From Gammaproteobacteria bacterium (GTDB taxonomy: Bacteria; Pseudomonadota; Gammaproteobacteria; Acidiferrobacterales; UBA6901), in the NCBI GenBank assembly GCA_016218345.1, contig JACREH010000058.1, positions 1 through 53,498 of the forward strand: a stretch of 53,498 nt of DNA, written 5' to 3'. This document shows, one piece after another, positions 9,704 to 19,188 of this stretch. Within the stretch, counting starts at the first letter, position 1. The number at the start of each line of letters is the position of its first letter. A model generated the notes under the pieces. The model was not told the origin of the DNA and did not search any database. It saw only the letters and a program-made list of their open reading frames with translations. The translations under genes were made by a program, and so were the position numbers.

Positions 9704-9859
9704 GAATCTTCATTTCGGTCGGAATGGGGGCGAGGGCAACAAGCTGCCATCCCAGTCGCCCACAGCGGGGTTCGCCAAAATTCAACATGCCCCGGCCGCG
9801 TCTTCCGTGATACGGCACTCGTCAGCGGTTCTTCATTTTGTTTGTTAAACTGGCGGCCG

Positions 9860-10537
9860 ATGACCGAACCTCCTCTGCTGTCGGGCCGGGCGCTCACCCG
9901 CTATTACCGTCTGGGCGCTGAAACCGTGGGCGCGCTGCGCGGCGTCGATATCGATATCGGCAAGGCCGATTTCGTCGCGCTCAAGGGGCCGTCGGGCAGC
10001 GGCAAGACCACGCTGATCAATATCCTCGGCCTGCTCGACAGCCCGGATGACGGCGAACTGTTGCTGGACGGCATGAACACCCGTGGACTGTCGGAAAACA
10101 GCCGCGCCGACACGCGCCGCCGGCACTTCGGTTTCGTGTTTCAAACCTTCAACCTCGTGCCGGTATTGAGCGCCGCCGAGAACGTCGCCTACCCCATGAT
10201 CCTCGACGGCCGCGCCACCCGGGCGGCGGCGCAGCGCGCCGGCGAACTGCTGGCGGCAGTCGGACTGACCGACAAGGCCGCGACCCGCCCCGACCTGTTG
10301 TCCGGCGGCCAGCGCCAGCGCGTGGCGATCGCCCGCGCCCTGGCCAACGACCCGGCGGTGATCTTCGCCGACGAACCGACCGCCAGCCTCGATTCCAAGA
10401 CCGCCGACGTCATCCTGGATTTGATGGAACGGCTCAACCGCGAGCGCGCCGTCGCGTTCGTGTTCGCCACCCACGATCCGCGCGTGGTCGAGCGCGCCCG
10501 GCGCGTGGTCAACCTGCACGACGGCCGGATCGAATAG
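9860..10537 (+). CDS. ABC transporter ATP-binding protein (MacB/LolD-type)
   Basis: Walker A GPSGSGKTT, signature LSGGQRQRVAIARA, Walker B VIFADEPT. ATG at 9860; the track ORF starts at TTG 9842. Confidence 0.92.
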   Translation: MTEPPLLSGRALTRYYRLGAETVGALRGVDIDIGKADFVALKGPSGSGKTTLINILGLLDSPDDGELLLDGMNTRGLSENSRADTRRRHFGFVFQTFNLVPVLSAAENVAYPMILDGRATRAAAQRAGELLAAVGLTDKAATRPDLLSGGQRQRVAIARALANDPAVIFADEPTASLDSKTADVILDLMERLNRERAVAFVFATHDPRVVERARRVVNLHDGRIE

Positions 10538-10539
10538 CC

Positions 10540-11754
10540 ATGCATCCGCTCACCCTCGCCTGGCGCAACATCGTCCGCAACCGCCGCCGCAGCCTGTTGA
10601 CCGGCGGTATTCTGGCATTCGGCTTCGCGTCGTTCACGCTCGCCGCCGGTTTCATGGCGCAATCCTTCCAGGGCCTGCGCGACAACACCATTCGCAGCGG
10701 TCTCGGGCATCTGCAATTCGCCGACGCGCGCGCCTTCACCCAAGTCGAAGACGCGCCGCTGCAATTTGCCCTCATCAACGCCGACCCGATCATCGCGCGG
10801 CTCGCCCAGGACCCGGCGGTGCGGGTAGTGCTGCCGCGCCTGGAATTCGTCGGGCTGATCGCGGCCAAGGCCCGGTCGGTGCCGTTCGTGGGACTGGGCG
10901 TCGATCCGGCGGCCGAAAAGACCGGCACCGATATCCCCGCCACCATCGGCAGCGGTGCCTGGCTGGGCGGCGACAAACACGCGGCGGTGCTCGGCACCGG
11001 CCTTGCCAGGACCCTGAACGTCGCGGTCGGCGACGGCGTCACGCTGCTCGCCACCACGCCGGACGGCACGCTCAACGCCGTGGACGCCGTGGTCGCGGGG
11101 CTGGCGGATATCCGCTTCAAGGAATTGAACGACCGCTATCTGGCCGTGCCGTTAACGCTCGCCCAGGAGTTGCTGGATGCCGCCGGCAGTGTCTCGAAAA
11201 TATCGGTGGTGTTGCACGCCACCGGCGCTGAGGCCGAGACCGCCCGGCGGCTCTCGGGCGCGCTCGGCGGGAACCTGGCGGTGCGCACCTGGGAGGAACT
11301 GGCGCAGTTCTACAACCAGGTGAAGACCCTGTACATCGGCATCTTCGGCTTCATGGGTATCGTGCTGATGGTGGTGGTGCTGCTGGCCGGGATCAACGCC
11401 ACCTTGATGACCGTCACCGAACGCACCCGCGAGATCGGCACGCTCCGCGCCCTGGGCGCGCGCCCGCGGGTGATATTGACCAACTTCATATTGGAAGGCG
11501 CGGTGCTGGGCGCGGTCGCGTCCGTGGCCGGCGCGCTGCTGTCGCTGGTCGTCAGCGCGGTGCTCAACGCCTCCGCCATCGAGATGCCGCCGCCGCCCGG
11601 CGCGACCCGCGGCATCCCGATCAACGTCGTGTTCTTCCCGCTGGCCTACGTGGGTGCGGCCCTGGCGATGACCTGCGCCGCAGTCGTGGCCTCGTATTTT
11701 CCGGCGCGCCGGGCGTCCCGGATCTCGATCGTCGCGGCCCTGGCGCATGTTTAA
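10540..11754 (+). CDS. ABC transporter permease, FtsX/MacB-like
   Basis: N-terminal TM, then a large periplasmic region, then a C-terminal FtsX-type 3-TM bundle (TERTREIGTLRALGA motif). Lies 3 nt after the ATPase stop. Confidence 0.88.
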   Translation: MHPLTLAWRNIVRNRRRSLLTGGILAFGFASFTLAAGFMAQSFQGLRDNTIRSGLGHLQFADARAFTQVEDAPLQFALINADPIIARLAQDPAVRVVLPRLEFVGLIAAKARSVPFVGLGVDPAAEKTGTDIPATIGSGAWLGGDKHAAVLGTGLARTLNVAVGDGVTLLATTPDGTLNAVDAVVAGLADIRFKELNDRYLAVPLTLAQELLDAAGSVSKISVVLHATGAEAETARRLSGALGGNLAVRTWEELAQFYNQVKTLYIGIFGFMGIVLMVVVLLAGINATLMTVTERTREIGTLRALGARPRVILTNFILEGAVLGAVASVAGALLSLVVSAVLNASAIEMPPPPGATRGIPINVVFFPLAYVGAALAMTCAAVVASYFPARRASRISIVAALAHV

Positions 11755-12481
11755 CGCGCTGCTCGGCGCGCTCGCGCTCGCCGCCGCACAGCCCGACGCG
11801 GCGGTGCTGCTCACGGCCGCCGATGCGCCGCGCGCGGCGTTCTTGAACAGCGTCGTCGAGGTGCGCGCCACCGCCCGTGAAAAGGACAAACCCGACCGGC
11901 ACGCCGAGTTCGAGTTGTACGTCGGCGGCGAGGACCGGTTGCTGGTGGTGTTCACGGATGAAAAGAACCAGGGCCGTAAATTCATCGCCAACGGCGGCAA
12001 GACCTGGTTGATCGCGCCGAACAGCTCGCGCCCGGTGGCGGTCACCGCCAAACAGCGCCTGGTCGGCGGCGCGTCGTTCGCCGACGTGGCGCGCGTCCGG
12101 CTGTCCCGGGATTACACCGGCGAACTGCGCCCCCAGCCCGAGCCGTGCGGCGAACCGGAACGGCCCTGCCGGGTGCTGGACATCAGCGCCGTCGCCAAGA
12201 CCGCCCCGTACGCCGCCGGCGTGCTGTGGATCGACGCCCGCGGCCTGGTGCGCAAGGCGGTGTACGCGCTGGCGTCCGGCAAGCCGGCGCGCGAGCTGAG
12301 CTTCGAGTATCGGGAAAAGGCCGGGCGGACCGTACTGAGCAAGGCGGTGATCGTCGACCTGCTGAGCGGCGAGCAGGCGCTCGCCACCACCCTTGAATAC
12401 CTGAACTACCGCCAGGTGCCGATGCCGGACGAGCTGTTCGATCCGGAACGCGCGCTCGAACCACCCGGCTCCGACCGGTAG
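11747..12481 (+). CDS. LolA-like outer-membrane lipoprotein-sorting family protein (periplasmic)
   Basis: Signal peptide MFNALLGALALAAAQP. Overlaps the permease by 8 nt. The ABC plus FtsX plus LolA-fold trio is a recurrent arrangement. Family assignment is from memory. Confidence 0.65.
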   Translation: MFNALLGALALAAAQPDAAVLLTAADAPRAAFLNSVVEVRATAREKDKPDRHAEFELYVGGEDRLLVVFTDEKNQGRKFIANGGKTWLIAPNSSRPVAVTAKQRLVGGASFADVARVRLSRDYTGELRPQPEPCGEPERPCRVLDISAVAKTAPYAAGVLWIDARGLVRKAVYALASGKPARELSFEYREKAGRTVLSKAVIVDLLSGEQALATTLEYLNYRQVPMPDELFDPERALEPPGSDR

Positions 12482-12497
12482 GGACCCCTTAAGGAAG

Positions 12498-12698
12498 GTC
12501 TGAACAAGTCCATCCCTGGCTTGTTCAGACACGGCCGCTCCCGCGCCTCCTTGCGCTTCGCGGCATTAGTACATCCTGTACGTCACAAAACGAAAAACGT
12601 GGTTTTCGTTTTGCTTCATTTTTCAAACACCGTGCGTGTTTGAAAAATGACCGGCCCTCCTGGCCGGACGGGAACCTCTGACTTAATCAGAGGTTCCC
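12498..12698. repeat. cluster of five perfect hairpins plus one B-module repeat between convergent genes
   Basis: Stems at 12498-12530 (11 bp), 12586-12613 (11 bp), 12617-12649 (14 bp), 12651-12667 (6 bp) and 12670-12698 (12 bp). B-module at 12531-12586. Confidence 0.85.
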
Positions 12699-14959
12699 TA
12701 ACCGCCGGGCAGCTTTTCCGCGCGGAGCAGCGCCGGCACGTCCTCGGCCGGCAGCGGCTTGCTGAAGTACCACCCCTGCACCCCGTGGCAGCGGCGCGCC
12801 CGGAGAAACGCCAATTGCTCCTCGGTCTCGACGCCCTCGGCGATCACCCGGATGTCGAGGGCGCGGGCCATGGCGATGATGGCGCTGGCGATGGCGGCGT
12901 CATCGGCGTCCTGCGGGGTGTCGCGGATGAACGACCGGTCGATCTTGAGGGTGTCGATCGGAAACCGCTTGAGATAGCTCAGCGAGGAATAGCCGATCCC
13001 GAAATCGTCGATCGACAACTGCACGCCCAGGCCGGCCACTATCTGCAATATCGTGATCGTATGATCGGTGTTGTGCATGATGGCGCTTTCGGTGATCTCC
13101 AGTTCCAGACAATCCGGATCGAGGCCGCTGCCCTGCAAGGCGTCGGTGATCTGGGCGATCAAGCGCTTTTGCTGAAATTGCCGGGCCGAGAGATTGACCG
13201 CCACCCGCAGTCCCGCATGTCCCTCCGCCTGCCAGGTCCGCGCCTGGCGGCAGGCCTCGAACAACACCCATTCGCCGATCGAAATGATCAGCCCGGTCTC
13301 CTCGGCCAGCGGGATGAACTGCATCGGCGCCGTCAACCCCCATTCCGGGTGCCGCCAGCGCAGCAACGCCTCGAACGTGGTTATCCGCCCGCTCTCCAGG
13401 TCGACGATCGGCTGGTAATAAATCTCGAATTCGTTGTGGTTGACGGCCCGATGCAGGGCACCGGCCAGCGTCAGACGCTGATGGGCGCGGGTGGTCAATT
13501 CGGCGGTGTAAAACTGGTAATTATTCCGCCCCAGTTCCTTGGCGCGATACATGGCGATATCGGCGTTGCGCAGCAGCCCCTCGACGTCGCGGTCGTCGAA
13601 CGGGTAGAGCGTGATGCCGATACTGGGCGTGACGAACAGTTCGCGCTCGACGATGTAGAACGGCGCCGCGAATACGTCCAGGATCTTCTGGGCGACACAG
13701 GTGGCATCGTCGACGTGCCCCATGTCGGAAAGCACCAGCGTGAATTCATCGCCGCTCATGCGCGAAACGGTGTCGCCGGCGCGCACGCAGCCGGTCAGCC
13801 GCTCGGCGACCGACCGAATCAGCAAATCGCCGGCCTCATGACCGAGGGTGTCGTTGATGTTCTTGAAGTGATCGAGATCGATGAACAGCACGCCGACCAG
13901 GCGCTCGTGCTGGTCGGCGTCGATGACGGCGCGTTGCAGGCGCTCGATGAACAACGTACGGTTCGGGAGGTTGGTGAGGATATCGTGGTGGACCAGGTAA
14001 TTCAGCCGATCCTCGGCGCGTTTGCGCTCGACTGCGCGACCGAGCTGGGTGCCGACATGCGCCATCACCTCCAATAAATGCTCGTCCGGCAAAATGGTTT
14101 GATCGGCGAAGAATTCCAGCACCGCGACAATCTCGCTGCGCACCAGCACCGGAAAACCGAATGCCGCCTTCACGCCGATATCGCTGGCGAGCTTGGCGCG
14201 CAGAAACTGCGGGTCCTTGGTGACGTCGCTGATCCACACCGGCTTCATGCCGGCCAGCACCCGTCCGGCCAGGCCGCCGGGTGCGATCGCCGGACGGCTC
14301 TGGGTGATCTCGCGGAAGGTCTTGAAGCGCTGAAAATCGTCTTCGTCCACGTGCCAGAGTTCGGTCGAGGCCAGTTCATGGTCGGCGTTCATCAGCAACC
14401 GGGCATGGCCGACCGGCCAACCGGTGTGCGCGCAGACGCGATTGAGGCAAACCTGAATGGCGTCGTCGATGGTCTCCGACTCGTTGGCGGCGACCGCCAC
14501 TTCCTGCAACAGCCGCACATAGGCGCTGTCGAGTGTCTGAGGTTGCGCGGCGCGCTGCACCATGCGCCGGCGGCGCGCCTGCTCCAGCGCCTGGGCCACG
14601 GCCACGGTCAGGTGACTGACGTCTTTGGTGGAATTGAACAGCGAGCCGTTCAGGCGCACATGCAGCTCCTCGATCCGGGGGTTCGGCAAGCCGTCTTCGA
14701 CCAACAGGATCAACGGACAATCCGGCCAGCGCTCGTGAACCTGTTGCGGCAGCGCCAGGCCGTCGATCCAGGCGAGGCGCGAATCGCTGATCACCAGATC
14801 GTATTTGGCGCGCAAGGCATGCTCGAAGTCGCGCAGATTCTTCACCTGATGGACCACCAGGCGCGGGAATTCACGGCCCAGCAGGCGCACCGCCAGCACC
14901 CGGTCGTCCGGGTTGTCGTCGATCAACAATACCCGCAGGGAATCACCGAACTCCGCCAA
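12698..14959 (-). CDS. response-regulator receiver-GAF-GGDEF-EAL protein
   Basis: REC (LLIDDNPDD...DLVISD), GAF-like middle, GGDEF domain with SGDEF and an RAGD I-site, EAL domain (FEALLRW, DDFGIGYSS, EGVETEEQ). Start inferred at TTG 14959 after GGGAGGGGGGAG. The upstream part of track ORF 12698..15661 overlaps the next gene. Confidence 0.85.
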   Translation of the reverse strand: MAEFGDSLRVLLIDDNPDDRVLAVRLLGREFPRLVVHQVKNLRDFEHALRAKYDLVISDSRLAWIDGLALPQQVHERWPDCPLILLVEDGLPNPRIEELHVRLNGSLFNSTKDVSHLTVAVAQALEQARRRRMVQRAAQPQTLDSAYVRLLQEVAVAANESETIDDAIQVCLNRVCAHTGWPVGHARLLMNADHELASTELWHVDEDDFQRFKTFREITQSRPAIAPGGLAGRVLAGMKPVWISDVTKDPQFLRAKLASDIGVKAAFGFPVLVRSEIVAVLEFFADQTILPDEHLLEVMAHVGTQLGRAVERKRAEDRLNYLVHHDILTNLPNRTLFIERLQRAVIDADQHERLVGVLFIDLDHFKNINDTLGHEAGDLLIRSVAERLTGCVRAGDTVSRMSGDEFTLVLSDMGHVDDATCVAQKILDVFAAPFYIVERELFVTPSIGITLYPFDDRDVEGLLRNADIAMYRAKELGRNNYQFYTAELTTRAHQRLTLAGALHRAVNHNEFEIYYQPIVDLESGRITTFEALLRWRHPEWGLTAPMQFIPLAEETGLIISIGEWVLFEACRQARTWQAEGHAGLRVAVNLSARQFQQKRLIAQITDALQGSGLDPDCLELEITESAIMHNTDHTITILQIVAGLGVQLSIDDFGIGYSSLSYLKRFPIDTLKIDRSFIRDTPQDADDAAIASAIIAMARALDIRVIAEGVETEEQLAFLRARRCHGVQGWYFSKPLPAEDVPALLRAEKLPGG

Positions 14960-15081
14960 CGTCTCCCCCCTCCCGATACAGCGAATACGAATAGTGTAGT
15001 CCCAGGCCGCTGAGTATAGACCCGGGCCTGGCCGGTGCACACAGCGCCACGTTCGGCCGGGCGCGTCCGCGGCCGGACGGG

Positions 15082-17880
15082 CTACGTCGAGGAGCGCCGC
15101 AACCTGGATTTCGGCAGATAGCGGGTGAATTCCTCGGGCGGCAGCGGCGGTCCGAAGACGTAGCCCTGGTAGGCGTCGCAGGTCTGGGCGCGGAGGAACA
15201 GCCGCTGCGCCTCGGTCTCGACGTCCTCGGCGATCACGCGCATCTCCAGGGTGTGGGCCATGGCGATGATGGCGCTGACGATGGCGGCGTCGTCCGGGTC
15301 GGCCGGCACGTCGCGCACGAACGAGCGGCTGATCTTCAGGGTGTCGAGCGGAAAGCGCTTGAGATAGCCGAGGCTGGAATAGCCGGTGCCGAAATCGTCG
15401 ATCGACAACCGCACGCCCATGGTATTCAAGGTGCGCAGCGTGGCATGGGTAAGCTCGGCGTTTTGCATCAACAGGCTTTCGGTCAACTCCAGCTCCAGCC
15501 AGGCCGGATCGAGCCCGCTGTCCTTGAGGACGCGGGCGATCACCTCCGCGAGGTTGCGCTGATAAAACTGGCGCGCCGACAGATTGACCGCCAGCCGCAG
15601 CGCCGGGTAGCCCTGTTGCTGCCAGGTCTTGGCCTGCTGGCAGGCGGTGCGCAGCGCCCACTCGCCGATCGGCACGATCAGTCCGGACTCCTCGGCGATC
15701 GGAATGAACCGCTGCGGCATGATCAAGCCCTGCTCGGGATGCCGCCAGCGCAACAATGCCTCCATGCCGCTGACCTCGTCGCTGGCCAGGTCGACCACCG
15801 GTTGATAATGCAATGTCAGTTCGTTGCGATCGAGCGCGCCGCGCAGGGCGTTTTCGAGCGCCAGATTTTCATGCGCCTTGGCGGTCATCTCGACGGTATA
15901 AAATTGATAGCTGTTGCGTCCCTGATCCTTGGCGCGGTACATGGCCACGTCGGCGTTCTTGACCAGCCCGTCGACGTCCTTGCCGTCGAACGGATAGAGC
16001 GTGATGCCGATGCTGGTGGTGACGAACAACTCGCGCCCGTCGACGCTGAACGGCTGGTCGAAGACATCGAGGATCTTCTGGGCGATGCGGCCGACATCGT
16101 CGACATGCCCGACGTCCGGGAGCAGCACGATGAACTCGTCGCCGCCCAGCCGCGCCACGGTGTCACCGGTGCGGATACAGTCCTTGAGCCGGCCCGACAC
16201 CGCGCGCAACAATACATCGCCGACTTCGTGACCGAGGGTGTCGTTGATGGTCTTGAAGCGGTCCAGGTCCATGAACAGCACCGCCACCACGCGCTCGCGG
16301 CGTCCGGCGTCGATCAGCGACTGCTGCAGGCGATCGTTGAACAGCGTGCGGTTCGGCAGCCCGGTGAGGCCGTCGTGATGGGCGAGATAAATCAGATGGT
16401 CCTCGGCGCGCTTGCGCTCGGTGATATCCGTGACCATGGCCAGCGTGCCGAGGCAGCGGCCGTCGCTTTCCGCGATCGGATTGGCGGCGACGATGGTCCA
16501 CAACTCGCCGCCGTCCTTGCGCCGAAAGCGGACATCGTGTTGCTCGCGAACGCCCTGGCGGCGCAACAGGCCGTGGCGCGCCAGAGAACCCATTTCCTCG
16601 TCCATGAAATCGAATATCGGGCGACCGCGCATCTCGTCCACAGAGTAACCGAGCATGCCGGCCATCATGGCATTGGCGAACACGGTGGCGCCGTCCGGAT
16701 CGATGATGAATATGCCCTCCTCCGCGGTCTCGACGATCAGACGGTAACGCGCCTCGCTGTCGCGCAGCGCCTGCTGGGCGCGTTCGCTCTCGGCTTGGCG
16801 CTTTTGCAGGGTCGCGGCCATGTCGTCGAATACCTGGGCGAGCTGATTGAGCTCGGTCGGGCCGCTCAGGTCGCCGGTGCGTGCCGTCAAGTCGCCGGCC
16901 GCCAGCCGCCGGGTCGCGCCCATGAGCCGCGCGACCCGGCGCACGAGAAACAGCTCGCTGCTCCACCAAGCGAACAACAGCGCGACAAACGCCGCCGCGC
17001 CCACGCCGAGCAGATTGCGATTGAGTTCGTGCGCCGAGGCGGCGAACACGGTTTCGCGCGGCGTCCCGATCAGCACATAGGCGCTCGGTTCCTGTCCGGT
17101 CAAGCCGAGCGGGGTATGGGCGTATAACCGCCGGCGCCCGTCGACCCCGACGGTCTCCTCCAGGCCTTCGTGTTTCTGTTGTATCGCCCGTTGCACGATC
17201 GGCGCGTCCCGGCTGTTGATGCCCGGCCAGACCTCCGGGTCGGGATAACCGGCCAGCACCGTGCCTTGGCGGTCGACCACGGTGACCACCGAGTCGGGCG
17301 AGAGCTGTTCGCTGATCGCGAAGCTGCTGAGCCATTCGAGATCGAGCGAAACGAACACCACCGCCTGGACCACGCCGCGATCGAACGCCGGATAGGACAT
17401 GGTCAGCACCGGCCGGCCGGTGATGCCGCCGATATGGTAATCGCTCACGGCGAACACGCGTTTGTCCAGCGCCTCCCGGAACCATTCGCTGCTGCTGGCG
17501 TTGAACCGGTCCATCAGGTCTTCGACCGGTACGGCGCTGCAAAACACCCGGCCGTCGGGGGCGACCGCGCCGAGATTGGTGTAGCGCCGATGGGATTGCA
17601 ACGAAGTCGCGAAGATCGCGCTGCAGGCCGCGCCGTCGCGCTCCCGCACCGCCGGCAGTTGCGCCAAGGTGATAAGCAGTTGCCGGCCGACCTCGATGGC
17701 CTGCTGCTGGTCGCGCGAGATGACGCTCGCCACCCGCAGGATATGCGCCTGTGCCTGCTCCATCGCCTGCTGGCGATGCTCCAGACCGGTGTACAGCACC
17801 AGACCGAGCACCGGCAGGCCGGCGACGACCACCGACGCCAGCAAGCGTATCCGGAGACTGGAAAACGGGCGGTGCGCCAT
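15082..17880 (-). CDS. membrane sensor: periplasmic (Cache-like) domain-HAMP-PAS-GGDEF-EAL
   Basis: TM1 LLASVVVAGLPVLGLVLYTGL, ~250-aa periplasmic region, TM2, HAMP, PAS (GIFIIDPDG...), GGDEF with an RTGD I-site, EAL (MEALLRW, DDFGTGYSS). Confidence 0.9.
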   Translation of the reverse strand: MAHRPFSSLRIRLLASVVVAGLPVLGLVLYTGLEHRQQAMEQAQAHILRVASVISRDQQQAIEVGRQLLITLAQLPAVRERDGAACSAIFATSLQSHRRYTNLGAVAPDGRVFCSAVPVEDLMDRFNASSSEWFREALDKRVFAVSDYHIGGITGRPVLTMSYPAFDRGVVQAVVFVSLDLEWLSSFAISEQLSPDSVVTVVDRQGTVLAGYPDPEVWPGINSRDAPIVQRAIQQKHEGLEETVGVDGRRRLYAHTPLGLTGQEPSAYVLIGTPRETVFAASAHELNRNLLGVGAAAFVALLFAWWSSELFLVRRVARLMGATRRLAAGDLTARTGDLSGPTELNQLAQVFDDMAATLQKRQAESERAQQALRDSEARYRLIVETAEEGIFIIDPDGATVFANAMMAGMLGYSVDEMRGRPIFDFMDEEMGSLARHGLLRRQGVREQHDVRFRRKDGGELWTIVAANPIAESDGRCLGTLAMVTDITERKRAEDHLIYLAHHDGLTGLPNRTLFNDRLQQSLIDAGRRERVVAVLFMDLDRFKTINDTLGHEVGDVLLRAVSGRLKDCIRTGDTVARLGGDEFIVLLPDVGHVDDVGRIAQKILDVFDQPFSVDGRELFVTTSIGITLYPFDGKDVDGLVKNADVAMYRAKDQGRNSYQFYTVEMTAKAHENLALENALRGALDRNELTLHYQPVVDLASDEVSGMEALLRWRHPEQGLIMPQRFIPIAEESGLIVPIGEWALRTACQQAKTWQQQGYPALRLAVNLSARQFYQRNLAEVIARVLKDSGLDPAWLELELTESLLMQNAELTHATLRTLNTMGVRLSIDDFGTGYSSLGYLKRFPLDTLKISRSFVRDVPADPDDAAIVSAIIAMAHTLEMRVIAEDVETEAQRLFLRAQTCDAYQGYVFGPPLPPEEFTRYLPKSRLRRSST

Positions 17881-18056
17881 GGCTCTTCTAAGCTGACCTC
17901 GGGACGGGTTGCCGGCGTGAACGTCGTCCGTGCCGCAGCGGCTGGCAGGTGCTTTACATCAAGTCTAGCCCACCGGGCCATCTGTCGCCGGTGTGGACCG
18001 AGAATCGCCGGACGGCCGGGAAACCGCTGAAAAGCGCCGAAATGAAGGGGCTGGCG

Positions 18057-18428
18057 CTAGCGCGTCGGGCCATCCGGACCGCGGTACTCGCAGCCGGCGG
18101 TACAGGTCTCGTGCACCACGATCCGGGACAGACCCGCCAACTCGGGCTTGAGCCGCGTCCAGATCCACTGCGCCAGATTCTCGCTGGTCGGATTCTCCAG
18201 GCCCGGAACGTCGTTCAAGTAGCGATGGTCGAGTTGATCGAACAGCGGCTGAAACCGCTTGGTCAATTCGGCGAAATCCATCACCCAACCCTGCCCGGCG
18301 TCGACCGGCCCGGCGACATGAATCGCCACCCGAAACGAATGGCCGTGGACGCGCGCGCACTTGTGGCCGGGCGGCACCTGCGGCAGGCGGTGTGCGGACT
18401 CGAGCGTGAAGATCTTGAAAATTTCCAT
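18057..18428 (-). CDS. queD: 6-carboxy-5,6,7,8-tetrahydropterin synthase
   Basis: FTLESAHRL...CARVHGHSF...WVMDF...VHETCT. Typical QueD/PTPS length (123 aa). Confidence 0.9.
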   Translation of the reverse strand: MEIFKIFTLESAHRLPQVPPGHKCARVHGHSFRVAIHVAGPVDAGQGWVMDFAELTKRFQPLFDQLDHRYLNDVPGLENPTSENLAQWIWTRLKPELAGLSRIVVHETCTAGCEYRGPDGPTR

Positions 18429-18507
18429 CGGATTCGAAGTTGTTCGATAATTTTCGATTCTACCGCCCGCGCCGCTCGCGTTAAAGCCGGCGTCACGACT
18501 TCCGCCG

Positions 18508-19179
18508 TTACGCCAGCACTGTCCGCAGCCAGGCGCTGATATCGTCGATCTCGGCTGGAATCACCTGGTGGCCCATCGGATAACTGTGCCAATCGACGGC
18601 CACGCCGTGCGCCCGGAGCTGGCGGCAACCGGCCTCGGCGTAACCGTAGGACACGACGTTGTCCTGCAACCCATGGGCCATGAATACTGGCCGGCGGCAA
18701 TTGACCGGCTGCAATTGGCGGGTCAACGTTTCGATCTCCGGCATCGGCGCCGACAACGCCAGCAACCCGGCGAGCGCCCGCGGATAACGCAGACCGGTGT
18801 GCAGCGCGATCGCGCCGCCCTGTGAGAAGCCGGCCAGCACGATGCGATCGAAGGGCATGCCGCGGGCGTGCTCGGCCTCGGCGAGTTCGGTAAGCAGCGC
18901 GCATGACTCGGCGATATCGGCGGCGTTTTGCTCGATGCCGGTCGGCGTGATACGCATGTCGTACCAGGCGCGCATCACCATTCCGCCGTTGATGGTCACC
19001 GGTCGCCGCGGCGCATTCGGAAAAACAAACCGCAACGCCAAGTCATCGAGCCGCAACAGCGGCACGATGAATTCGAAATCATGGCCGTCGGCGCCCAGGC
19101 CGTGCAACCAGACGATGCTGGCGGTCGGCTGCGGCGCGGTTTCGATTTCGATCGGCGGTGTGGGGTCGGCCTGAGACAT
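18508..19179 (-). CDS. carboxylesterase/phospholipase family alpha/beta hydrolase
   Basis: [12 protein letters not shown], nucleophile elbow GFSQGG, C-terminal HG...D...H. ATG at 19179. The longer track ORF (to 19269) translates a tandem repeat. Confidence 0.85.
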   Translation of the reverse strand: MSQADPTPPIEIETAPQPTASIVWLHGLGADGHDFEFIVPLLRLDDLALRFVFPNAPRRPVTINGGMVMRAWYDMRITPTGIEQNAADIAESCALLTELAEAEHARGMPFDRIVLAGFSQGGAIALHTGLRYPRALAGLLALSAPMPEIETLTRQLQPVNCRRPVFMAHGLQDNVVSYGYAEAGCRQLRAHGVAVDWHSYPMGHQVIPAEIDDISAWLRTVLA

Positions 19180-19188
19180 AAATATTTT

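Noticed and set aside
9516-9897. ORFs 9516..9818(-), 9577..9810(+) and 9661..9897(-).
   Set aside because: They are translations of the homopurine/homopyrimidine REP hairpins (GEG/PSP-type junk peptides) with no start context.
14960-15661. Upstream 234 codons of ORF 12698..15661.
   Set aside because: They overlap the EAL domain of the upstream sensor gene in a different frame. A TTG with a strong GGGAGG...GGAG SD at 14959 starts exactly at the receiver domain.
12647-17127. Plus-strand ORFs 12647..14077, 14078..15013 and 15253..17127.
   Set aside because: All are antisense to the two GGDEF-EAL genes, whose domain motifs are unambiguous.
18429-18507. Looked for a preQ1 riboswitch upstream of queD.
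   Set aside because: The 79-nt leader shows only a TAGAAT -10-like box. There is no preQ1-I/II-like hairpin with an A-rich tail motif.
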